Positions 19,054-29,672 of a stretch of DNA of 29,672 bases are shown here, piece after piece. Origin of the DNA: Vitrella brassicaformis CCMP3155 (Eukaryota > Protista > Chromerida). The notes beneath the pieces were generated by a model. It saw only the letters and a program-made list of their open reading frames with translations, did no database searches and was not told the DNA's origin. The DNA is taken from contig CDMY01000694.1 in NCBI GenBank assembly GCA_001179505.1, forward strand, positions 1 through 29,672, read 5' to 3'. Every line of letters begins with the position of its first letter. The stretch's first letter is position 1. Position numbers and translations under genes: made by a program.

Positions 19054-21614
19054 GGCGTCAACGAGCCCGAGCCACCCAGAGAGTCCAGGACAATAACACC
19101 CACGAGTGTGGCGTAGTCGCCATGACCAACAAAGGCCTGTATTCTTCGTTGATCTGCCGGCGCTTCTCGCTGCGGTTGCTGCAGTGTCCTTGTGACACAT
19201 TGGGGAGGGCGACCAGCAAGGCCAGGACGAGTGCAGATCTTTCTCCAGCGAGCGCCTGAGATAAATGCGCACACACACAGCCACACACTCAATTTGAGTA
19301 CTGCAGGGTTTCCATCCATCAGTGTACCACACGGCGGTGAAGAGAGCGGAGTAGCCCTCTTCCCCTGTTCACTGCACAGCGCAGAGAAGTCCATTCACCC
19401 TGTAGAGTGACGCGGCAGTACACTGACCTGCAGAACACCCAACAGATGGCACACAAAGGGACAGAGAAATGAATCGCTGACTGCAGATCTTTGTGCAGCT
19501 CGCTAGTGTGTGGTGCAGGGGGGTGATGGCGAGGTGGATCTGTCTGTTTTTCGTGGTTTTTGAGTCGTGTGCGCGTTATACGGTGCCTGCCCTAACGCCG
19601 AAAGCCCGCTGGATCGCGAGGAGAGAGAGCGCCCGCAGAGAGAGTCACAAACGCACACAGGATGGCGACCAACACGCAGCCAGAAGGGCTCTCACTGCCT
19701 CTCAGCTGACATTTCTCTCTCTCTTTTCTGTAAAGCCGCTGTGATTTGGCTGCCGAGCTCACTACACAGCGGATCTGCAACACGGCCTTCGAACATCGCG
19801 TCTATTCGCACGGCTCACAGGCATGAGGCCGCCCACGTCTGTCAGCGCCCCTCCTCCTTCCGCCACGGCTGATCCCTCAGACACAGACGTCCTCAGACAG
19901 TCAGCTTCTGAAATGGACGTCTTGACGACAAGGCCAGCGGAGTCACCGGAGCATCAATCGGAGGCTCAAGGAGATGGCGAAGGCGGCGCTCGGCTCTCAG
20001 ACATTCCCACCACCGTCTCGACATCGGTCTCCACCCCTGCAGTGGACGGCCGGGCTCCGCTTGGCGACGGGGATGCTTCGGCTGAGGAGGGTGACTTGTG
20101 GGGCTTTCTGGTGCTGCGGGTTGGCTGTGTGACCTTGTGGCTGACGGACTACCCTCTGAGGCATTTCCTTCTCATCATCGGCCTCGTCCTGATCTATGCA
20201 CTCTGGTGGTCGGGCGGTATTATCTACGGACATCTCGGCAACCTGGAGCTCCCGGTGGATATTCGGCTGCTCTTTCCCGACCCGCTCCCGGCGATTGTGA
20301 TGTTTCCACTGCCGTCTCTGATGATCCTCGTTGGATTGGGAAGTCTGTTTGCACCGCCTCTCTGGTGGGGCACTCGATGGCTGATGTACTTCTCTATTGT
20401 TCTCGCCATTGTCATATCCTGGATCATCTTAGTGTCGGTTTACACCTACGCCATTCCTCATGATCCCATTCGTTTGCGGTTCCCAACACTGGCGTGGGTG
20501 GCTGGTGCGATTCTTCTGCAGTTCACTTTGCTGATATATATCTCGGAGCCGCGTATTATCCGTGCATCGACCAGCCCGACGGGTGGGAAGGGAAATCGAC
20601 GTCGATCACAACCGGCTCTCGTGCTGCGGCCGTCGGGCAAGGTGGAGACCCTCGGCAACGGCCGAGCGCATAGCCAAGGGTCGGCAGACAGAGCCCTTCC
20701 TCTACCGCTCGGTGGTCAAGCGATGGCTCAAACGGATGGATTATCTCACTTTCATTCGGTTGTGTAAACTGCTGGCCGTCGTGGGAATGGCCGTGGATTT
20801 CATTACCGATGCAGCAGTGGGGATGGAATTGAGGAGCTGGGTTCCGAGAAGTGTATGGCGTGCATATGCTATGTGTGGGTCCCCCGAATATCCGCTGTGG
20901 AGTGACGCTGAAGAGGAGTGCTTTGATACCACGATGAGCCGTCTTCGAAGAGAAGAGCAAGGCTATCAAGTCGTTGGCTTGATCATCCTGGGCCTATCGC
21001 TGGCTGACTTCGTGTCGCTGTTCGTTTACTTTTCCATCCGCGGCTCTCCCTCGCTATGCCAGCACATCTGGATTATCGCCTTTGCCCTGCTGGAAGTGCC
21101 CATTCTGGTGCTGACGATCGTCTGGGCGACGGCGGCCAGCAACCCGATGCTCTTCGCTGTGTCTGCACTTTTGTCACGGTTTCATGGCGAGTCGGGTCGT
21201 TCGCGTGGACCATCTATGTTCGGCGGAAAAACGGGACGTCCGCGAGCAATACAAACCACAAGGTGATGAGAAGAAGGGCGAGCGAGTGGGAAACGAGTGA
21301 AGCCAACAACAGACGGCATCTTGTGTGTGTTTGATGTCAGGGAGGGCCATTGGTCGTATGACGGATGGCACGCTGTTGGGCACTTATATATGTGTGCAGT
21401 GCACCGGGGGGAGTTGTGGTATTCCCTGCCGGTGATCGGATTGGATTGACAAGTGAAGTGGCTGGCGGTTCATTTCCCCCCCGGTCAATCGGACAGGGCG
21501 GGAGGGAGCGACCCAAACGATCGGTGGATTCCACCGCCAGCCGCAGGACCGACTTGTGCCCGGGTCCATGCATGGCAGTCACATGTTCGTTTGCGTTTTG
21601 CAGCAAAGGTGTGT
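19054..21614 (+). repeat. Duplication unit 3
   Basis: Inverted match to 1-2205 and direct match to 6263-8350. Confidence 0.88.
19823..21334 (+). pseudogene. Intronless ~8-TM membrane protein, paralog 3 of 3, two frameshifts
   Basis: Homology is split over ORFs 19823.., 20562.. and 21056... There is a +1 G at ~20585-20587 (acgggtgggaagggaaatc vs acgggtgtaaaggaaatc in copy 1) and a 7-nt deletion at ~21168 (gtgtctgc[cttcttc]act in copy 2). The start frame hits a stop at 20765-20767. Confidence 0.8.
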
Positions 21615-21967
21615 AGTTTCATGCCTTTCGGTTGCTTAGTCCTTCTTGCCTTGAGGCTCTTTCTCTTCTTCTGCTCGTCGACATGTGATGTGTGTCGTCA
21701 TTACGTTCGTGTGATCTCCTTCTTCGGTTTGATGTGTGCTGTGGATCCCCGGTGGCCCGCTGAATGGACGGATGGATGGCATGACGCAGGGATCTTGTCG
21801 TAACGAACGAACGAACGAACGACTCTGCGAGCTTCAAAGCTCGAAATTTGAGCGCAGAAGGACGGGGAATAGAGCGTCCGGATGAGAGATGGAGCATAGG
21901 CACAGAGAGATGGAGATGCGATGCTGCGTGATCGATCTCCGCTCGTCATCTCGTCGTCCGTGAGTTG

Positions 21968-24900
21968 ATGAGTCACAGCGACGCCGCCCCGCCGGATGCA
22001 TTCCTTTCAGTGACCGTCGTACACATCGACTACATCCACCAACGACCCATCCATCCACTCGATCTGACAACCACAACCACGCGCGTCGGCGGCCAACCCA
22101 TCTGTCGGGTGCCTGTGGTGAGAGTCTTCGGCAACACTCTCTACGGGCAGCAAGTCTGCGTCCACGTCCACGGGGTGAGGCAACGGAGAGAAAAAGCACT
22201 GCGGGAGAGAGAAGAAGTCGCTGGCATGGTCGGTGCGCGTGTGAGCTGTGTGTGTGCAGTATCTTCCTTTCTTCTACGTGCCCTTGCCGGATGAGGCAGC
22301 AGACCAAGGTGGGCACTGCACCACAACCACTGGCGTGCATTACACGACACACCTGATGCATGTATGTGCTCTCTTCTTCCCTCAGAGGAGCAATTTCTGA
22401 AGGCCTTCTCTGAGGCCCTGGAGCGAGCAGCGCAGCACGATGCGTCGACCGCTGCGTCGGGTCCTTTCATCTACGACATCTTGGTGGTGCGCAAGGTGGG
22501 CATCTACGGCTACCAAATGCGGGCGCAGAAGTTCGTCAAGGTGGTGCTGCTGAGCCCTCGCCATGTGGTGTGGCTGGCGGCCATCCTGGAGAGGGGCGAC
22601 GTCCTCTCAATCAGATTCCAGCCATACGAGGTACGCGAGCTGACACACACGAGAAGATGGCACCTGTCGTGTGGGGAGTCATTGTCCGTCGGCCGTTCGT
22701 CTGCAGGTGCACATCCCCTACCTACTCCACTTCCTGGCTGACAACAATCTGCGTGGAATGGACCGCATGCACCTCTCGGCCACTGACATTCTCTTCCGCA
22801 AGCCCCTCCCCGACATAGCCTGGCAAGACCGGCCCCGGCGCCACGGAGGAGGACAGCTGCGGGATGATGACCTGATGGGCTGGATGCCCGGTGTGTGGAG
22901 GAGGCCGAGGCGGGAGGTGCAGTATGAAGGAGTGGAGGAGGGCGGCATGGGCGGCAGCAGCACGCCAGAGAAGCCAGTGGGGCCTGTCAATGCAGGTATG
23001 CAGGTGGTCAGGGAGGGCGACAAATGGACTGGGGAAGCAGAGAGGTGTGGGTGTGTCTTGCTGCGATTGTGGTCAGTCAAGTTGACGTCGGCAACGAGGC
23101 ACTTGTCGTTCCACAGCCCGCGCAGTGGCGTGCGCAGGGAGGTGAGTGGCCGACAGACACATCGCACCACGTGGCCATCTCTCGCTGCTTCGGTGGCTCA
23201 CTCGCCCGTTCTCTCTGTGTGTGTACTGTCTGTCCACAGTCGTCATGCGAGGTCGAGTTTGACGTCCACGTGTCGTCCATCCTCAACAGCCGCATGGGCA
23301 TCTCATCCACCAGGACCAGCCCGACTCCCTCTCAACAACCCGCCGCCCCGCCACCCCTTAACCCCCACTCCCCCATGCACACACCATGGCCAGACGACGC
23401 CGACCTGATTGACTTCGACCCATCCATATTGCAGGGGGGCACCCTCGGCGGCAGCAGCAGCAACAAGAGCCCAGAAAGAGGGCCACCGTCGCCGGGTGAG
23501 GGGCAGTTCACCGCGAGGCTAGCAAGCTCACTGGAGGCGATATGGCGTGACGAGAGGGCTCGGTGCGGGAGGTTGGGTGTGCGATTCCCCTTCACTCCCC
23601 CGCCATCGCCCGGACGGACTCGGGAAGAGAGTCATGACCTGGTGCCCGATGACTACAGACAAAGGTACCCAAAATGGCACCAGACAGAATGAATCAACAC
23701 GGACGCCTGCATATGTGTGATGTGTGTCGGGTCAGGTTGGCAGATATGGTCAATGCGTGCGTGCAGCGGTCATCAAGTGCGCCATCCTCGCGTCATCGTG
23801 GGGGGCGGGCAGACGAAGGTGGCGCGAGGAGGCTGAATGAGCAGCTGGACGCCCTCGGTGGGTCGTCTCCTCACGAGTGGAAAGATGAGCAGCTGCTGAG
23901 CCAGGACATTCTATCGCAGATAAACACGGTAGGCGACCACTGAAATTTGCTTGGGCTCCCGTACCTACCTGTGCAGTTTTGCCTCCATCCATGTGTGCAT
24001 GGCGTGTGTGTGCCTTCAGCTTGACAGGGCCATCCTGGACGGTCTGAACCGGATGGCGCATCTGCAGCCCCCTCCCCCTCCCCCCCGTGTCCCACCGGCA
24101 TGTCATGACGACAGAGACGACTTTCCCGATGACGCCCTGCACGCTCCATCCCTCAACGGCGATGACCTACACAGAGAGGACCCCCTGACCCTCGAGGAAG
24201 AGGACGAGATAAGGGCAGCCGAGGCAGCCGAGGCGCGCGCGAGAGGGGATGGACCCGCGTCAATCGCACCGACCGAGCCGACGAGCGAATACGATGACGA
24301 GGCAATGGGGGAGAGAGCTGGCGGACAGCACGTGGCCCCTGCCGCCGCTGCTGCTGCTGCTGCTGCCGCTGCCGCTGGTGGTGGTGGGGTGGACAAAGGA
24401 GAAGGCCGGCTCTCTTGGGAAGGGAGCATGTCATTGGACGTCATGGGAGAAGAAGAGTTGGATCAGTGGGAGCGAGCATTGCTCATGGCGCAGCCCGATG
24501 ACCCCCTCCGCATCCCTCTTTCCCTCGCTCTCCCATGGTCGCCTCGCGCTCTCCCCCTCAACCCTGGCGACGCCGCTGACCTCCCTAACACCCCGCCCGA
24601 CTTACCCCAACCGGCAGCCGGCGGTGCCATGGCGCCAATGGCATCCGAGGCCCCTGCGCCAGCCTTCGCCTTCGACCGCGGCGAGCCGCCGTCGCCGACC
24701 ATTCCTGCGTCAGGGCCTGAATCTGATGAAGAAGTGGCAGCACCACCTCCAGCAGCTGCTGCGGCGGCGGCGGCAGCTGGTGGTGGTAGTGGTGGTGTGA
24801 AGCGGGAGCGGGCCATGGGTGACGGTGAGGCTCAGCAGCCCTCCGATTGCCGACGGACGAAGAGTGCCAGGCGGCAGGAGGGCGGGTCGATGGCTATGCC

Positions 24901-27900
24901 GCTTGTCATTGCCAGCCAAGACAGCATTCGCGGTGACGATGATGCGCGTCCGGGCGGTGAGGTCGAGCATCATGACCAGGGGGACGACAGCGACTGCATC
25001 CTGGTTGAGAATGGCGAGTCGCCACGCTACAACCCGCCCATCGCCGACCAGCAGCAAGCTGACGACATCACTCCGACAGTCCCGGACGACGCCAGTGACG
25101 ACAACAGGCCCGTTGCCGATCAGCCGGACCCTCGTTCCGTCATTGTTCTGGACTCCCCTGCCACAGGGCAGCAAGGCTCTCCGGCTCCCCTGTTTGCCGC
25201 TGCCACCCCTCCTCACTTCAGCAATCCTTATGACATCCCCAGGAGGCCCGAGCATCAGCTGCTCGAGCGGCACCAGGAGAGGGCCAGGAGGGTCGCTCGG
25301 ATGGGCTGGTGCGGCGTGGTGGGCCAGCTCGGCAGAGGGCGGGCTGGCGGGATGTACAGCTCGCGATTCGTCTTCAAGATGCCCTCACCGTCGGTGGATG
25401 AGGCCATCGACTCCTACCTGGCCAAGCACCCAGACCGAGCGGCCGTCCTGCGGCCAGGTGGCGTCGGCGCCCATGTGGCCAGGAGAGGGAGGGGTTACAA
25501 GAATGTGCAGAGGGTTGACAACAGGGGCAGGATGGTCTTGGAAGAGGTCCCTGTTGACACGCCTGCTGCTGACGGCGTGCGGGCTCCCCAGAGAGGGACT
25601 GTCCCGCCGCTGCCGCCCTTCCCTGATCTAGGCGGTGGGGGTGTGGATGTGGGTAATGTTGAGCGGCAGGGGGATGAAGGCGAGGCTGCGCGAGACGGTG
25701 GTGGCGATGGTGGCGTGAGGGGGTCGCATGGGAGCTCCCCGTCCTTCCACCGATCACAAATGAAGTTCGGCTCACAGCAGGTATACTCATGTGGTGCGAT
25801 CTGACCAGATGACTTGTCGCCCTCTCTGTGTGCGTTGGTGTCTGCCTCAGCTCAGCCCACCCACGCAGGGCATGCAGGCAGCTCTGGCGCCCAAGCCATT
25901 CGACCCTGGCAGCCAGAAGGTCTGTGTGACGGGGCCGGACGGCGCTCTCCCGCCCACATACGGCACCCTCATCTCCCTGGAGGTCCTCGCCGACTGCCAG
26001 GTGGGAGTCGCTGACACGCAACGGCCACCATTAACCATCATGCCATGTGGCTGTGCTGTCATATATGTCATAGGGCGACGCCCGTGCTGAGAGGTCCGAC
26101 CCCAACAAGGACACCGTCCTCGCCGTGGCCTACACGATCCGCGACGAGCGCGTAAGGGCCCAGTTCCAGCAGCAGGGAGCCACCTACCACGACGCACAAG
26201 GCGTCATCTTCATCGGCACGGCACCGCAGAAGGACGACACCTACACCCGACTCGCCCTGCCCTCGAGGATCGACCTGGAGGCCGTCGACAACGAGCAGGA
26301 TCTCTTCAGAGCTGTCGTGGGGTTGTTCAAGAAGTTCGACCCCGCCATCGTGATGGCATACGACATCCACAGGGAGTCCCTCGGCTACCTCGCCAAGCGG
26401 GCCGAGGCCATCGGTGTCGACCGGTTCGTCCAGAAGGTCTCGCGCACGCCACCGAGAGAGCACGACACCCGGCCGGCCCCCGCAGCCGCAGCCGCCGCTG
26501 CGGCAGCGTCGTCTTCAGCGGCGAAGGCCCCAGCAGATGGTGGCGCGAGAAGGGCACAGGGGAGGGGCTTTGGAGAGCTCCACTGCACCGGGCGTGTGCT
26601 GCTGAACGCGTGGCGGATTGTCGAGCACGAAGTCAAGCTGGTCAACTACGGTTTGGAGGCGGTGGCCAAGGAGCTGCGTGGCGTGACGGTGCCTCACTTC
26701 CCGCCAAGGACGCTGAGCGACTGGTGGGGGTGGCGGGGGAATACTGGCGGGGCCCTTTATCCATACCGCGCCAAGGCGATGCAACACGTCCTTAGGAAGT
26801 TAGTGAGCATCTGGCACAGAGAGAGAGAGGGAGGGAGAGTGGAGATGCATTGGCTGATTGATGGATGTATGTGTCTTGTCGTGTGTGTGCAGGACCAAGC
26901 TGGCGTTGGATCTCTTGGACGCGCTTGATGTCTTCGATCGCACCGGTGCGCTGGCCCGCCTTTACGGCCTGGACTTCATTTCGTGCCACACGCGCGGGAG
27001 CCAGTTCAAGGTCGAGGCGATGCTCATCCGCGCGTCGCACCGCATGGGCGTGCTGCTGGCGTCGCCCAGCAAGCAGGCGGTCCACGACCAGAAGGCGGGA
27101 GAGTGCTTCCCACTCACAATGGTAATGCTCAGCTGCAGGCACCAACCACCCCCCCCTCTCTCTCTCTGCGTGTGATGATGATCAGGAGCCCAAGTCGGCT
27201 TTCTACTTCGACCCAGTGGTCGTGTTGGATTTCCAGTCGCTGTATCCGTCCATCGTCATCGCCTACAACATCTGCTACTCCACCTGTCTGGGCAGCGTCG
27301 AGGTGGACCCCATCGAGACGCCGATCAAGCGGCTCGGCACACACGACGTGAGAGTGACGCCCGAGATGATTGCAGACATCGTCAGGGCATACAGACAGAG
27401 GCAGGGCGCCTCACAGCTATCAGGTGAGGGTAGACAAGAGAGAGAGAGGCCCACACACACGGGGGGCGGGGGGGAGATGTGAGATGGCTTTGTGGGTGGG
27501 TCTTAATTGTGCAGATGTGGCTCGTCAGTCGGCGATGGACCCTTCGCATGAGGGCGTCCGCGTGCTGGCCAACGGCGGCATGTACGTCAGCAAGAGGGTC
27601 CGCCAGGGCATCCTGGCGCAGCTCCTAAACGAAATCCTCCAGACACGCATCATGGTAATCCACCTGACGAAGACCAGCCACCTAACGAACACCAGCCACA
27701 CGCCAGCCCCCCAGTCACATGCCTTTGGTGGGCTTTGTTCTGTCTTGTCTGTCTGTGTGTGGGTGTGCAGCTGAAGCGCAGCATCAAGAAGCACGCCCGC
27801 TCTGTGGACGAGTCCGTGTTGCGTAACCTCAACCACCTCCAATACGGCCTCAAGATGATAGCCAACGTCACATACGGATACACAGGTGGGTATGCGCACA

Positions 27901-29672
27901 CCCACCAGCAAGGAATGGACCGACACACCCTCGTGGACATGTCTGTGCTGCAGGTGCGTCCTTCACTGGCCGCATGCCGTGTGTGGACGTGGCCGACAGC
28001 ATCGTCCAGACGGCACGGAGGACCCTCGAGCGCACTATCCATACCGTCAACAAACACCCCACGTGAGCGAGCATCAGACACACGTCAAGCGCACATGCAC
28101 ATGGTGCCGTAGGTGGAATGGCGAGGTTGTCTACGGCGACACCGACTCGATCTTCGTGCTCTTGAAGGGCCGCTCGCTGCGGGAGGCCTTCGACATAGGG
28201 AAGGACATCTCCGTGACCATCACGCGCCAAAACCCAAGGCCGATGGAGCTGCAGCTGGAGAAGGTGTACCTGCCCTGCTGCCTCGTCACCAAGAAACGGT
28301 CGGTAGATGGCAGACACCGGAAGGGACGCTGGGCGAGTCCACGCCATATATCACATCACATCATGTGTGTGTGGGTCCAGGTATGTGGGTTACAAGTACA
28401 CCAGCCCCGACGGCATGCCCACATTCGACGCCAAGGTGCCTGTGTGGATGGATGGATGGATGGATGACTGTTTGTCGTGTGTCAATTGTCATGTGTCAGG
28501 GCATTGAGACCATCCGTCGCGACCAGGCCCCCTGCACGACCAAGGTGATGGAGAAGGCTTTGCGCACCCTGTTTGAGACCAAGAACCTCAGTGCCGTGAA
28601 GGAATACCTCTGCCGCCAGTGGCACAAGATCTACAGCGGCAAGGTGCCCGTGAAGGACTTCATCTTCTGCAGAGAAGTCAGACTTGGTCAGCCGTCAGTC
28701 AGTCCGTCAAATGGACACGCACTCCACAGCAGAGAGACAACAGCAAAGACAGCAGCGAAGCCGACAGTGTGTCTGTCGTGTGTGTATGTCTGTCTGTCAG
28801 GTTCGTATGCCGCTGACCGCGGCGGCCCCTCCCACACGCTGCCCCCAGCTGCAGTGGTGGCCCAACAGGAGATGGAGGACGACCCCACGGCCGAACCTGA
28901 GTATCGCGAGAGGCAGGCATACGTGTTCCGCCACGGCGATCCCGGCGCCCGCCAGACTGACACCGCCGTCCCTCCAGACGGCGTCATGGGCGGCTGGAAG
29001 CCTCACACACCCCTCCCCTCTGACAGCGCCCCACTCGCCAGTGGCTCATCGTCAGCCCCGCCGACCTTCCGCATCAACGCCAACCTCTACATCAAGAACC
29101 AAATCATCTCGGCGCTCGACCGGCTGTTCCATCTGCTGGGCGTGGGCAAGCACCCAGCCCTTGATTGGTTCAACCAGATGCCCAAGCCGGCCAATGCACG
29201 GCTGGGCAGTGCCAGCCCCACTGGCGCAGGTGCGCCACCCGGTGCGGCATTCGGCAGGGGACCAGGAGGGGCCAGGAAGGGCAAAGCGGGTGGCAACCGT
29301 CTGATCACCGACTACTGCTCCAGCAAGCAGTGTGTGGTCTGCGGCAGTGACTGCAGCGCCCTCAGCGGAGAGGATCGCGCCAGGCGGCACGCCTATGCGG
29401 TGATGAGGGAGGGCGGATACAATGCACAGCCGGTGGGAGAGATCGAGGCCATCGCAGCCAACCCGCCCCCCATCTGTGTGTCGTGTGCTGAGAGCCCCGG
29501 TGCGTCAGTTGCTGAGCTGTTTCGACGGCTGGAGGTGAAAGAGTCGAGGCTGAGGGCCGCGGAGAACCTGTGCCTCCACTGCGCCGGTGAGATGACAGAG
29601 AAAACACGACGACAGACACGCACAGGGGCGGTGTGCTCATGGGTTGTGTGTTTGGTGGTGGTGGTGGGGGGG
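21968..29672 (+). CDS. REV3: DNA polymerase zeta catalytic subunit, multi-exon, 3' end beyond the window
   Basis: REV3-type N-terminus [23 protein letters not shown]|YLPFFYV, QPYE|[15 protein letters not shown] and SSCEVEFDV. Degenerate Exo I (LISLEVLAD...[10 protein letters not shown]) and [14 protein letters not shown]. Pol region [14 protein letters not shown] (~27219-27254), region [18 protein letters not shown]|[10 protein letters not shown], region I VYGDTDS (~28129-28149), then KKR|YVG and K|GIETIRRD. C-terminal CVVC...CVSC (CysA) and the first CLHC of CysB. Introns checked at these motifs are GT-AG and phase-consistent. Confidence 0.96.

Noticed and set aside
2151-21175. Three independent indels are each 7 nt (~2160, ~16090, ~21168)
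   Set aside because: No shared flanking motif, and three events are too few to infer a mechanism.
21619-21976. Basic, Lys/Arg-rich minus-strand frames (HIKPKKEITR; QKKRKSLKARRTKQPKG) head-to-head with REV3
   Set aside because: They could not be joined into a phase-consistent gene, and the composition is explained by a CT-rich plus-strand tract.
24710-25631. Long alternative-frame and antisense ORFs (up to 270 aa) overlapping the large REV3 exon
   Set aside because: Expected from high GC content and stop-codon scarcity; no domain-like features.
25960-26125. REV3 Exo I motif lacks the catalytic Asp (SLE instead of DxE)
   Set aside because: Normal for Pol zeta, which lacks proofreading; it supports the annotation and is not novel.

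Overview
Intron-rich, GC-rich eukaryotic nuclear DNA. Short GT-AG introns full of (GT)n, (ACAG)n, (GATG)n and (GAGG)n repeats, plus lineage-specific protein families, suggest a chromerid alveolate such as Vitrella brassicaformis (inferred, not database-checked). Two genes are confidently identified: a multi-exon GH47 class I alpha-1,2-mannosidase (minus, 3416-6053) and DNA polymerase zeta catalytic subunit REV3 (plus, from 21968 past the window end). Between them are a 4-exon, 659-aa lineage-specific gene (minus, 9769-12137) and a tandem paralog pair (12474-14170, 15243-16890), each copy damaged at a different site. The most interesting element is a family of three intronless ~8-TM genes: 94-1800 minus, 6604-8142 plus, and 19823-21334 plus (frameshifted). 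All three share an identical ~120-bp block and conserved TM cores, but three predicted outward-facing loops are unalignable. Copy 3 is a patchwork of copy-1-like and copy-2-like segments, and copies 1 and 3 carry a shared divergent module with signal-peptide-like and Cys-rich coding potential. This resembles a surface/recognition family diversified by gene conversion; its function is hypothetical. No rRNA, tRNA, CRISPR array or recognisable transposon was found.
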